Below, piece after piece: positions 1 through 12,400 of a DNA stretch of 64,000 nt. Under the pieces are notes generated by a model, which made no database searches, was not told where the DNA came from, and worked only from the letters and a program-made list of their open reading frames with translations. Location: positions 6,176,001 to 6,240,000 of the forward strand of contig OZ242214.1 in NCBI GenBank assembly GCA_965206595.1, written 5' to 3'. The translations under genes and the position numbers were made by a program. This stretch comes from Candidatus Latescibacterota bacterium. GTDB taxonomy: Bacteria; Latescibacterota; UBA2968; UBA8231. The stretch's first letter is position 1, and each line of letters opens with the position of its first letter.

Positions 1-1762
<1,762 letters not shown>

Positions 1763-1848
1763 CCGTTTCTTTGGGAACCGATCGGGCTCGCTTTAGTCTT
1801 GTATTGCTCGAAAAGACAACAACGAAACAGAATGGAGAGAAACCGGAA

Positions 1849-3258
1849 ATGAAAGGGACAGGAAACGGGAGGGCCCTCAAGATCGTCCTGGTCGCTGCAG
1901 TCTTCAGCTGCACGGGGACAGCCGGCGCCGGGAAAAACCTGGCGGAGCTGCAAAGGTGGAGCGACGGCTTCGCGGAGGTCGTCGCGCAGGTGAAGCCGGG
2001 GGTCGTCGCGATCTCGACCGAATCGAAGTCACGTGGTGAAGTTCCCAACTATCGCGGCACCCCCTTCGAGTTCTTCTTCCGGGGGCCACCACGGGAAATG
2101 CCGCGCCAGGGGCAGGGGTCAGGCGTGATCGTCAGCCACGAGGGGGAGTACTTCATCCTGACAAACTACCACGTGATCCGCGGCGCAGACGAGATCACCG
2201 TCGAGCTGACCGACCAGCGCCACTTCCCTGCCGAGGTGGTCGGTACCGATTCCCTCAGCGACCTCGCCGCCCTGCGCATCGACGCCGCAGAGCTTCCCTC
2301 GGTGTCCTGGGGGAGGTCGGCGGATCTAAAGGTCGGGGAGTGGGTGCTGGCGATCGGCAACCCGTTCGCCCTCGAGCACACCGTGACCCAGGGGATTATC
2401 AGCGCCCTCGGACGGGAGCGTTTCGGTGAGGAATACGGCTCCTTCATTCAAACGTCCGCGGCGATCAACCCGGGGAACAGCGGCGGTCCCCTGGTCAACC
2501 TGAAGGGGGAGCTGGTCGGCATAAACACCGCCATCGTCACCCGCAGCGGTGGGGATCAGGGAATCGGGTTCGCCATTCCCGTCGACCTCGCCCGCGACGT
2601 GCTGTCTCAACTGATCGACACCGGAGAAGTGAGGCGCGGGTTTTTGGGGATAGGAATCCGAGACATCCCCGCGTTGATGGCGGAAGCCATGAGCATGGAG
2701 AACACCCGCGGTGTCCTGGTAACGGGGGTCACGGAAGACAGCGGTGCCGAGGAGGCGGGCCTTCAGGTGGATGACGTGATCGTCGCCGTCGACGGGGATC
2801 CGGTGCGCAACAGCACCGAGCTTAGGAGCCGCATCGGTACGACTTTTCCCGGAACCAAGGTCGAGGTCGAGTTTCTGCGCGACGGCGAACGCAAGAGGGT
2901 AACCGTCAAGCTCGGGGAAGTGACGCAGGAGGCGCTCGCCGTGGGGCGGTCGGGCGGGGATGAAGTTTCAACCAACTCCCTCGGGATAAAACTCCGCAAT
3001 CCCAGCCCTGAGCTGACGCAGCTTTTCGGCTACGACGAGGGTGAGGGGGGCGTCTTCATCATCGGGGTCAGGCGCGGGAGCGAGGCGGCCCGCCGCGGAC
3101 TTCGTCGAGGCGACCTGATCGTCGAGGTCAACCGCCAGCCGGTGGCATCGGTGCAGGAGTATCGCGAAATCGTCGAGGAGCTCGAGTCCGGGGCTGCGGT
3201 CCTTTTTCGCGTTCGCCGCGGAAAGACAAACCGCCTGGTAGCCTTGCGCCTTCCGTAG
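1849..3258 (+). CDS. DegP/HtrA (Do-family) periplasmic serine protease with two PDZ domains
   Basis: Triad motifs TNYHV, SDLA and INPGNSGGPL; two PDZ-like segments; signal peptide. ATG 1849 has GGAGA upstream and is preferred over the ORF start at 1759. Confidence 0.93.
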   Translation: MKGTGNGRALKIVLVAAVFSCTGTAGAGKNLAELQRWSDGFAEVVAQVKPGVVAISTESKSRGEVPNYRGTPFEFFFRGPPREMPRQGQGSGVIVSHEGEYFILTNYHVIRGADEITVELTDQRHFPAEVVGTDSLSDLAALRIDAAELPSVSWGRSADLKVGEWVLAIGNPFALEHTVTQGIISALGRERFGEEYGSFIQTSAAINPGNSGGPLVNLKGELVGINTAIVTRSGGDQGIGFAIPVDLARDVLSQLIDTGEVRRGFLGIGIRDIPALMAEAMSMENTRGVLVTGVTEDSGAEEAGLQVDDVIVAVDGDPVRNSTELRSRIGTTFPGTKVEVEFLRDGERKRVTVKLGEVTQEALAVGRSGGDEVSTNSLGIKLRNPSPELTQLFGYDEGEGGVFIIGVRRGSEAARRGLRRGDLIVEVNRQPVASVQEYREIVEELESGAAVLFRVRRGKTNRLVALRLP

Positions 3259-3330
3259 TCGACCCGCCACCTTCCTTCCACGTCCCATCGCCAGGCGGTG
3301 GGACCGCCAACTTCAAATCCCTCGCGTAAG

Positions 3331-5475
3331 ATGATGGAAGGCCGTCCCATCTGGGACAGCGGCAACTCCGGCGGGCTGTACCTGCGGACGTCGATCGCGA
3401 CCTCCTCTGCCGAAAGAGTCGCTCTGAACTGCGCCAGCACCGGCCCCTTCGAGCTGAGCATCGACGGGGAGCTGGTCGCATGCCGCCGGGGGGGAGCGCT
3501 GACCGAGCGCCCCCTTCTGCACCGCATATCCCTGCAGTTGAGGCGTCCGGGTCGCCACACCCTCACCGTGCGCGCGGCCAACCTGCCCGCGGTAGAGGCG
3601 CCGTGGTTCGCCTGTTCCGCTTCTGCGGTTTTACCCACGGCAGGGGACGGCACCTGGAGCGTCCGGGCCATCTCCCTCCCCCTGAAGCAACTGGGGGTCG
3701 ACGAATTCCACGATGCCAGGGAGGATCCCGGAGAGGGGGACGCCAGCGATGCCGGGGACGGCTGGGAGCCCGCGGTCGAGGTAGCCGCGGCCATTGCGGC
3801 CGACGTCTGGGAGCCTGGCGGCATCGTGGAAGAACCGCAGGAGGCCGTGGCCGTAGCTGCGGCGGGTGAGTGGAGCGGCGACTCTCCGGAGCCGGAGCGA
3901 CTGCAGCCGCTGGCGGACTGCAAGTGCGTCCACCCACAGGGCCTTCTCTTTGGCGGCGTCGCCCGCACCATCATCAGGACCGCCCCGTACAAAGCGGTCG
4001 TCATCCAGCTCGATTTCGGGCGCATCCTCACCGGATGTCCGGAGGTGCGCCTGGAGGCGGAAGCGAGCGGCGGCATCGTCGACCTTTACTTCGGGTACGT
4101 CCCCGGACGCACGCACGCCCAGGTTCGCTACGTCGTCCGGGCAGGCAGGCAGGGCTGGGGCGCCTTGCAGGAACAGGCGGGCCGCTACCTGACCGTACGT
4201 CTCAGCCGGTTTGCGGAGAACTGCCACCTCGAAAAGGTGTCCGTGGTCACCCGTCGCGACCCCGGTCCGGGGGCGACTGCGGCCATGGAACAGGACGGGA
4301 TGGCGGCTCCGCACCTGGTCGGACGGCGAACACTCGAATCGGTGCGGCAGGAAATTTACTGCCTGCGGCTCCCGCCCCGGCCGTACGACTGGTTGGCGAT
4401 GCTGACTGCCTTCGCCACCGATTTCTACCTCACAGGCAACACCGCTACTGCGCGAACGGTGCTGAGAACCGCTGCCGGCCGCCAAGACAACGGGGACCTG
4501 CATTCAGATTGGACGGGATTTCCGATTTTTGTCGAGGCGTATCACTTGTTCAGCGGTGACGGCGAGACCGTGTCTGCACGGCTGTACGATCTGCTTCCAC
4601 CTGCAGGTGCGACACCGTCCCTTTCCTGCGGTGAGCTGCCGACCGCGGAGGCGGCCCTCGCCGCGGCCAGCGCCGCAGCCGCAGGGCGCGTATGCCGGCG
4701 CCTGGGCAATTCCCGGGCGGCGGCGGTCTGCAAGGCGGAAGCGAGGCGCTGGCGGGAACTGGTTCAGTCACGCTGGCGCGAGCAGGAGGGGATGTTCCCG
4801 GAGACGGCCGCAGAAGCGGGACGGTTTGGCCAGTGGACCAACGCCCTTGCCTTGTACGGCTCACTGGCGAAGGCGGATCAGAAGGAGCGCGTCGCGACCG
4901 CAGTCGGCGATGGGTCGCTGTCGCCGGTTGCCGGACTGACGCAGGCCTGGTTTCTCTGCGAAGGGTTGTGGCGCGCGGGGGCAGAACAGGCTGCCCTGGA
5001 TTACGCGGAGATGTACTGGGGGCGCATGGCGGCGACACCGGGGGAGACCTGGGCTGACCGGGCGCCGCGGCCCTCGGCGCCGTACGAACCCGGGCCGGAG
5101 TACATGGTCGGCGCCCACCTGCTTGGGGTGCAGCCGGTCGAACCCGGGTTCGCCGTTGCCCGCATCCGGCCTCCCCGCAGCGTCGCCACCCGTGCCTCCG
5201 GTTCGGTACCGACCCCGGCCGGGGCCATCGCCCTCGCCTGGAAAAGAGAAGAGGAAGACCTCGCGCTCGAGACGGAGCTGCCCGCCAGTATCGAGGCCCG
5301 CCTTGTCCTTCATCGCGGCGGCAGGAAGATGCCCACCATTCTGGTCAACGGGATCACCGTCTGGCGAAACGAGAAGATGTACCCCAACCCGTTCGTGCAG
5401 CGGATAGTCGCCGAAGAGGAGGATATCGTGATTGCCCTGACACAGGAGGGGCGCTTCCGGGTCGAGGTGGTCTGA
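3331..5475 (+). CDS. Alpha-L-rhamnosidase (GH78)-like protein with a divergent active site
   Basis: GH78-like architecture: LDFGR, GRYLTV, GQWTNALA, and C-terminal LGVQPVEPGF...ASGSVPTPAGAIALAWKR. Catalytic motifs are not conserved. Start could be 3298 or 3331. Confidence 0.6.
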   Translation: MMEGRPIWDSGNSGGLYLRTSIATSSAERVALNCASTGPFELSIDGELVACRRGGALTERPLLHRISLQLRRPGRHTLTVRAANLPAVEAPWFACSASAVLPTAGDGTWSVRAISLPLKQLGVDEFHDAREDPGEGDASDAGDGWEPAVEVAAAIAADVWEPGGIVEEPQEAVAVAAAGEWSGDSPEPERLQPLADCKCVHPQGLLFGGVARTIIRTAPYKAVVIQLDFGRILTGCPEVRLEAEASGGIVDLYFGYVPGRTHAQVRYVVRAGRQGWGALQEQAGRYLTVRLSRFAENCHLEKVSVVTRRDPGPGATAAMEQDGMAAPHLVGRRTLESVRQEIYCLRLPPRPYDWLAMLTAFATDFYLTGNTATARTVLRTAAGRQDNGDLHSDWTGFPIFVEAYHLFSGDGETVSARLYDLLPPAGATPSLSCGELPTAEAALAAASAAAAGRVCRRLGNSRAAAVCKAEARRWRELVQSRWREQEGMFPETAAEAGRFGQWTNALALYGSLAKADQKERVATAVGDGSLSPVAGLTQAWFLCEGLWRAGAEQAALDYAEMYWGRMAATPGETWADRAPRPSAPYEPGPEYMVGAHLLGVQPVEPGFAVARIRPPRSVATRASGSVPTPAGAIALAWKREEEDLALETELPASIEARLVLHRGGRKMPTILVNGITVWRNEKMYPNPFVQRIVAEEEDIVIALTQEGRFRVEVV

Positions 5476-5483
5476 CCCGCGTC

Positions 5484-6140
5484 ATGCCCCTCCATTACGT
5501 CGAAGGAGAACCACCGGCGCAAGGTGCTCCCCTGCTGGTGCTTCTGCACGGATATGGCAGCGACGAGGAGGACTTGATGGGTCTGGCGCCGGCCCTGGAC
5601 CCCCGCTTCCACGTCGTCAGCGCCCGCGCTCCCATGCGGCTCGCCGAGGGTGGCTTTGCCTGGTTCCCCCTGGCGATGACCGAGGGTGGCCTGGAGGTCT
5701 CGTTCCAAGAGGCAGAGGCGGCACGCGGCGAGGTGTGCGAGCTGCTCGCCGGACTTCAGCAACAGTACGACGCCTCCGGGCGCACGCTGTTGCTGGGTTT
5801 CAGCCAGGGAGCCGGGATGGCGCTCTACAGCGGCTTCCGGATCCCCGAGACCATTGCCGGAATCGCCTTCCTGAGCGGCCTGTGCCTCCCGGAGATGGTG
5901 CCCGAAGGGGCCGCCTCGAACTCATTGAACGACATGCCTGTCTTCATGTCCCACGGCCGGTTCGATCCCCTGATCCCGATCGCCAGGGGCAGGGAATCTC
6001 GCGACATGCTGGCCGGCCTGCCTCTGCGGACCATCTTCAACGAGTACGCCATGGGCCACGAGATTAATTCGGAATGCCTGCGGGATCTGCAGGAATGGCT
6101 GCGGCACAGGGCTGATGATCTGGTGCGTCCCGTGGAGTGA
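5484..6140 (+). CDS. Phospholipase/carboxylesterase (alpha/beta hydrolase)
   Basis: LLHGYGSDE, GFSQG nucleophile elbow, HGRFDPLIP, MGHEI. Confidence 0.92.
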   Translation: MPLHYVEGEPPAQGAPLLVLLHGYGSDEEDLMGLAPALDPRFHVVSARAPMRLAEGGFAWFPLAMTEGGLEVSFQEAEAARGEVCELLAGLQQQYDASGRTLLLGFSQGAGMALYSGFRIPETIAGIAFLSGLCLPEMVPEGAASNSLNDMPVFMSHGRFDPLIPIARGRESRDMLAGLPLRTIFNEYAMGHEINSECLRDLQEWLRHRADDLVRPVE

Positions 6141-6386
6141 ATCGCAGCTCCACCATGCAACTTGGACCGCTGATTTACCGCAGGGCGGTGCGGGGCTGTT
6201 CCCCCTCGCCAGGGAGCAGGCCCCAACGGGCCCCGTGCTCCGGTCAGGCCCCCACGCCCTCGAGGTTGGCTGTGAAACAGGTGCCGACCAAGATCCGGTG
6301 CCTTATGTACGCGAGCGCGCCATGCAAGGAAACGCCTCCGAGGGGTCGACAGGGCTCTCCGAGCCGGCGCTGCAATTCCCGCCGCT

Positions 6387-7400
6387 TCAGATCCAGCCGC
6401 TGCTTTCCCTGCGCACCAGGGAAGCCATGGCGTCGAGCCAGCGGGGATGACTGTTGAGACAGGGCACGAGGTGCAGGTGGCCGCCACCGGCAGCGCGGAA
6501 AATCTCGTCCCCCTCCCGGCCGAGCTCGTCCAGGGTCTCCAGGCAGTCGGCGGTGAATCCCGGCGCCACGACCACGAGACGTCCGCCGCCCTGGCGCCCT
6601 AGCTGCGCCAGCACATCCTCGGTGTAGGGCTGAAGCCACTCCTCCCTGCCGAAACGGGACTGGAACCCGAGGTGCCAGCGTTCGCGGTTCAGGCCGAGGG
6701 CCTCGGCGAGCAGGCCGGCGGTCGCCTCGCACTGGCGGCGATAGGGATCCCCTTCGTCGACGTAGCGTCTGGGAATGCCGTGGAAGGTGATGAGGAAGCG
6801 CTCCGGCGGATCCTCCAGGCGGAAGAGGGAGTTTTCGACGGCGGCCCTGAGACTGTCGATGTAGCCGCAGTCGTCGAAATAGGGCGGAACGAAGCGCAGC
6901 GCCGGCATGGTGCGCCTGCGGTCGAACAGGAACGCTCCGCTGCGTCCGAAAGCAGATCTGGTGACGGCGTCGTAGACCGATCCGGTGGTTGACGCCGAGA
7001 AGTGGGGGAACATCGGCAATACCACGATACGGTCGATCTCCTCCGCTTCCATCTGCCGCAGGGCCCGCTCGATGCTCGGTTCGCCGTAGCGCATCCCCAG
7101 AACGACCCGGTAGCGGTCTCCGAGACGCTGCTGCAGTTCCTTCTCCTGGGCGCGGGAGTGAAGCAGAAGCGGAGAGCCCCGGTCGGTCCAGACGTTTCGA
7201 TAGAGCGCCGCGGATCGCGCCGGCCGCCGCGAGAGGACGAGAAGGTACAGAACCGGCAGCCATTTCCACCGCGGCAGGTCGATGACGCGAGGGTCGGACA
7301 GGAACTGCTTCAGGTACGGCCGCAAGGCGGTTGCGCTCGGCGCGGCCGGAGTGCCCAGCTGGGCGACGAGAACGCCGACCGGTGGGGAAGCGCTACTCAT
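6387..7400 (-). CDS. hemH: Ferrochelatase
   Basis: LGTP, YLKQFLSDPRVI, MRYGEPSI, FHGIP, FQSRFGREEWLQPY, FTADCLETLDE, VPCLN. ATG at 7400 (alternative TTG 7418). Confidence 0.96.
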   Translation of the reverse strand: MSSASPPVGVLVAQLGTPAAPSATALRPYLKQFLSDPRVIDLPRWKWLPVLYLLVLSRRPARSAALYRNVWTDRGSPLLLHSRAQEKELQQRLGDRYRVVLGMRYGEPSIERALRQMEAEEIDRIVVLPMFPHFSASTTGSVYDAVTRSAFGRSGAFLFDRRRTMPALRFVPPYFDDCGYIDSLRAAVENSLFRLEDPPERFLITFHGIPRRYVDEGDPYRRQCEATAGLLAEALGLNRERWHLGFQSRFGREEWLQPYTEDVLAQLGRQGGGRLVVVAPGFTADCLETLDELGREGDEIFRAAGGGHLHLVPCLNSHPRWLDAMASLVRRESSGWI

Positions 7401-7543
7401 GGGTGAGCTGCTCGGCAAGTCGGGCTAAAACAGCGTTGATCCATGGGGTGCGGTGGGGTACTTTGCGCGCGGCCGCCTGGTAGAGCGCTGCCGAGGGCAG
7501 CAGTTGGCAATTTCCGTAATCTAACAAGGGAGCACTGACAATC

Positions 7544-8269
7544 ATGCGCTGCATTTTCGTCGGCATCGAGTACGCGGGCAAATCCACGCTCATCAATCTG
7601 CTCAAGGATTACTATGCGAAGCGCCGCCAGCCCGTCCACATGGACGATCACTTCACCCTTCCCGATTCGACACTTAGTCCCGCATCCCGCGAGCAGATGG
7701 TGAACTTTCCCGACGACGTCAAGGAGCGCATGCAGCGGATGCAGATCCAGTACCACGTAGAGGTGATCCGCAACTACGCCCACGTGCTGATAAGCGGCTG
7801 GCACATCGAGGAGAGCATCTACTCGGAGTTTTACGGCAACGACCCCGGCAGTTCCTACTATCCCAATTTCTGGCACGCCAACAAGCGCACCCACGAGGCC
7901 CTGGTCCACGAAGCCCGCGTCCCGGACATCGTTCTGGTCCACGTAACCGCCAGCGACGACGCCATTAGGGAGCGCATGGCCTCCGATCCCCATGAGTACC
8001 AGATCATCAGGGAGGGGGACATCGGCGCTTTGAAACGCCGCTTCGTGGAGGAATGCGATCAGTCGCTGCTGGCCAAGAGGGGCAGGATCGACCTCGATAC
8101 CACGGACAGGACACCCCGGCAATCCCTCGACGAGCTGCTGCTGAAATCCGAGCCGGTGATCACTTCGGGAGAGCTCGCCATCCGGACCATGGCGGTACCC
8201 GACGGCGACTACGAGGTCGCTTACGAGAACGGCGTGCGCAAAACCGTTCCGGTGGTCGGCGATAGTTGA
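7544..8269 (+). CDS. P-loop kinase, thymidylate/nucleoside-monophosphate kinase-like
   Basis: N-terminal FVGIEYAGKSTL (dTMP kinase-type P-loop), LVHVTAS..IRERM, LDTT; GGGAG RBS upstream. Confidence 0.6.
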   Translation: MRCIFVGIEYAGKSTLINLLKDYYAKRRQPVHMDDHFTLPDSTLSPASREQMVNFPDDVKERMQRMQIQYHVEVIRNYAHVLISGWHIEESIYSEFYGNDPGSSYYPNFWHANKRTHEALVHEARVPDIVLVHVTASDDAIRERMASDPHEYQIIREGDIGALKRRFVEECDQSLLAKRGRIDLDTTDRTPRQSLDELLLKSEPVITSGELAIRTMAVPDGDYEVAYENGVRKTVPVVGDS

Positions 8270-8961
8270 TACGATCGGTCACGGTCGCGCCCCTCGCCGT
8301 CCTGGCCTGCCTTTGCGTCGCCGCGGAGGCAGCCCCCCTCGACAGCTTGAAAGCGGACGCTCGGCGACTGCTTGCCCCTCCTCAACTCCATCTGATCTTC
8401 GCCGGCGTAGCGGCCGGCGGCCTCGCCACTCGCCTCGACGACGAGCTGGCATGGGAACTGCCCGGGGATGGCGTCGCCTCGGCGGTGTTCGATCTGGCCG
8501 ATATCTACGGCTCCGCCGGGAAAACCATCGTCGTCGGCGCTGTTCTGTGGACCCTGGCCAAGTGGCGGGATTGGGGCGGATTGAAAACCCAGTCTGAAGA
8601 TGGGTTGCGCAGCATCGCCGCAGCCGCCCTCGTCGTCGGCCCCCTGAAGCTCGCCACCCGCCGGAGCCGTCCCGACGGCAGCGGCAGGCTTTCGTTTCCG
8701 TCCGGCCACACAGCCACGGCCTTCGCCCTCTCCACGGTGCTCGCCCGCGGCCACGGCCGGCGCATCGGATTGCCGGCGTACGCCTTGGCGGCGTTGGTGC
8801 CGGCGGCGCGGATCGGCGGAAAAAAACACCACTTTTCCGACGCAGTCGCAGGCGCCTGCATCGGCACCGCGGCCGGCTTGGCGGTCGGGATCGGGGGCAG
8901 CAGTCCGGCCCTGCAGGCCCGGATCAATCCTGCGGGATGGCGGATCTGCTGGACCTTCTGA
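8266..8961 (+). CDS. PAP2-family membrane phosphatase
   Basis: KLATRRSRP, SFPSGHT and ARIGGKKHHFSD match the three PAP2 motifs. Confidence 0.88.
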   Translation: MIRSVTVAPLAVLACLCVAAEAAPLDSLKADARRLLAPPQLHLIFAGVAAGGLATRLDDELAWELPGDGVASAVFDLADIYGSAGKTIVVGAVLWTLAKWRDWGGLKTQSEDGLRSIAAAALVVGPLKLATRRSRPDGSGRLSFPSGHTATAFALSTVLARGHGRRIGLPAYALAALVPAARIGGKKHHFSDAVAGACIGTAAGLAVGIGGSSPALQARINPAGWRICWTF

Positions 8962-9494
8962 ATCCCGGTTGGCAGGTCGGGTCCCTGTTTCCCCTTTCAG
9001 GGTCGAATGCAATCGGTGCTCGACATGCTCCACCATGCACTAGAATTTGCGCTGAACCGGCTTGCCGGTTGCAAGGGGAAGGGAACATCCCCTGGTGAGG
9101 GGACGGGGACGGCTTGGAGCCGGCAAACCAATAGCAACAGGGGGAGGAAACCCGCCCGGATCCTGGGGAAAATCCTGTTGACGGCACCAAATATTCGGGG
9201 TGGAAGCGTTTAGCCACTCAACCGAAAAAACCAGCGATTCTTTCCCCCAGATCAGCCGCCTGGGAGAAGAACGCGACTGCTCGCGCCAGTATCTCCCAAA
9301 CCATGTCATTTACCGAATATCAACCATATGATGTTACCGGCCGATCATAGTGGCCGAGAATCGCGATTGTCAGTATGATTGTACGCATTCTTCTGAACGA
9401 TCGGCCGCAACAGGCAGGTCTCAACCGGATTGAAAATCGTGAACGCCTTGCCTCCGCGATCTCTCACTTCTTCCTCCAGAAGGAGAACTACCTG

Positions 9495-12400
9495 ATGGAC
9501 ACGATTGCTGCAATATTCCTTGAAATCGCTCGGAAGGCAAAATCATTGATCTGCCGTCCAAATCTGCTCGCCGCAGAGAAAATCATCCCATCCGCGACGG
9601 AAAGGCGCCGGAAAATGCAAATTGCTGACAACAGAATAAACGACGCGACAACGCTCAGCGTCCGTGGCGGATGCGCCGCCATAGCCACCTTTATCCTTCT
9701 GCTCGGTACGGCCTCCTCCTGGGCGCAGACCGACTCTCGGCCGTCTTTCGGCGACAGGGCCATTTCCGACCAGGTCTGGACAGCAGACTCGGCGATCGAG
9801 CCGCTGCAGCTGCCGGAGGCTTCGGATGGCGACGGCGAGCTTTCCTATGAGCTGACCCCTCAGCCGCCTCCAGGACTGTCGTTCAACACCGCGTCGCGGA
9901 CCCTGTCCGGCACACCGACCGCCGCGGGGCGCACTACATATACCTACACCGCTACCGATGGCGACGGCGAAGAAGATTCCCGCAGTTTCACCATCGTTAT
10001 CGTCGAAGACCTGATGCCGACACTCGAAGAGGTGATGGATCGGACCTGGACCCAGGATTCGGAGATCCTGTTGCCGCTTCCGGTGGCCGAAAGCGGCAAC
10101 GGCGAGGTGACCTATGAGTTGACTCCCGAACCACCACCGGGTATGACCTTCGAATTCCGAATGGTGGAGCCCGATCCTGCCCACCATATCGCCATGGAGA
10201 AGACGTGGGTTCTGATCGGCACGCCGACCGTGCCCATGGAGGGCACCGAATACACTTATTCGGCGACGGATGCCGACGGTGACATGACTCTGATTTCCTT
10301 CGGAATCACGGTGATTGAGGACTTGATGCCGGAATTCGTCGAGGATACCGGCGCCCGGACCTCGGTCGAGGGCTTCCCGGTGGAACTGGAGTTGCCGGGG
10401 GCCATGGGCGGCAACGGCGAACTCACCTATTCGCTGTCTCCGGGGTTGCCCGGAGGGCTGGATTTCGATGCGGCCTCCCGGACGATTTCGGGCACCCCGG
10501 AGGCTCCCCAGGCCCTGGTCGAGTACACATTGACGGCCACCGACGCCGACGCCGACGCGGCGGATCTGGTTTTCTCTCTGATGGTGGAAGAAGACGTAAA
10601 TCCCGAGTTCACCGAAGAGGTGCAGAATCAGACCTGGATCCAGGACTCGGAGATTGCGGTGCTGGATTTGCCGGGTGCGGAAGGGGGTAACGGCCCCTTT
10701 GCCTATTCGATATCTCCTGAGCTTCCGACAGGGCTGACCTTTTGGGCGGGCGACCAGACGATTTTGGGCACGCCCACGGAGGTCCAGGAACGGACCATCT
10801 TTGTGTACCGGGCGGTTGACGCCGACGGCGACGGGGTGGAACTGACTTTCTCACTGGAGGTGGTCGAGGACCTTATGCCCACAATCGCCGAAGGTGTGGG
10901 GGGGCAGACCTGGACCGAAGATTTCACGGTGGAGACGCTGGTTCTACCTGAAGGTTCGGGCGGAAACGGCGAGTTGACCTACGAGCTCTCCCCGGAACTG
11001 GCACAGGGCCTGGTTTTCGATCCGGAGACGCGGACGATTTCGGGAACGCCGGTGGTTCCAAAGGAACGGACCCGCTACGTGTACCGGGCGGTTGACGTCG
11101 ACGGCGACGCCGCGGAGTTGACCTTCTCGGTGATGGTGCTGAAGGATCTGATGCCGAGCTTCCCCGAGGCCGTGCAGAACCAGACCTGGATCCAGGACTC
11201 GGAGATTGCGCCGCTGGATCTGCCGGGTGCAGAAAGTGGCAACGGGGCCATCTCCTATTCGATAATTCCCGATCTTCCCGCGGGGCTGACCTTTCAAGCG
11301 GGCGACCAGACGGTGTTGGGAACGCCGACGGAAGTCCGGGAACGCACCCTTTACGTGTACCGGGCAGTTGACGCCGACGGGGACGCGGTGGAAATGACCT
11401 TCTCGTTGGTGGTGTTGGAAGACTTGATGCCGAGCTTTGCAGAGAGCGTGGAGGCTCAGATCTGGACGGAGGATTCGCTGATCGAGCCGCTGCAGTTGCC
11501 GGCGGCCGGAGGGGGCAACGGCGCCCTGTTCTATTCCCTGTCTCCTGAGCTTCCTGCGGAGATGTCATTCGATGCGAAGACACGGACGATTTCAGGCAGG
11601 CCAACGGATCCCCATGATGAAACCGAGTACACACTGACGGCAACCGACGGCGACGGCGACCCGGTGGGGTTGGCCTTCTCCCTGACGGTGAGAAAGGATC
11701 TGATGCCGAGCTTTTCGGAAACGGTGAGGAATCAGACCTGGACGCAGGATTCGGCGGTTGAGCTGGAGTTGCCGGCGGCCGAGGGTGGCAACATCGAGTT
11801 GACCGGTGAGTTGAGATATACAATAACGCCGGCGTTGCCGGCGGGGGTGACGTTTGACGAGGGGTCGCTGACGATATCGGGCACCCCGGAGAATCCGCAG
11901 GATCTGACGCGCTACGTGTTCCGGGCGATCGACGCGGACGGGGACGTGGTGGGGCTCGCGTTTACCGTGAAGGTGTTGGAGGACCTGATGCCGAGCTTCA
12001 CCGAGAGCGTGGAGGGTCAGGTCTGGACGCAGGATTCGCCGGTTGCGCTGGCGCTTCCGGTGGGGGAGGGTGGCAACGGCGTCGACGGCGTCGAGGGTCT
12101 TCTGAGGTATACGCTGTCACCGGATCTTCCGGACGGTCTGATGTTCGAGGGTTCCCGTCAGCGCATCCGGGGCACGCCGACGGTGCCGATGGGTGAGACG
12201 ACGTTCACCTACACGGCCACGGACAACGACGGCGACGCGGTGGAGCTGACCTTCTCGCTGACGGTGCTGGAAGACCTGACGTCGAGCTTCTCGCAAGAGG
12301 TCAAGAATCAGATCTGGACGCAAGATTCGGAGGTCGAGCCGATTGTGCTGCCGGAGGCAGAGGACGGCAACCGTGAGTTAGCCTCCATGAGGTATACGGT

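Noticed and set aside
6141-6386. GC-rich hairpin (GGGGCTGTTCCC...GGGAGCAGGCCCC) and short ORFs between convergent genes, as a possible ncRNA
   Set aside because: No recognisable SRP, 6S or tmRNA motifs and no U-tract; consistent with chance pairing at high GC
9122-9165. GGCAAACC-AATA-GCAA-CAGG-GGGAGGAAAC upstream of the adhesin, resembling a c-di-GMP-I riboswitch
   Set aside because: The bases flanking the GNRA loop (AATA/CAGG) do not pair and the GACGCAAAGC consensus is poorly matched; an Rfam scan would be needed
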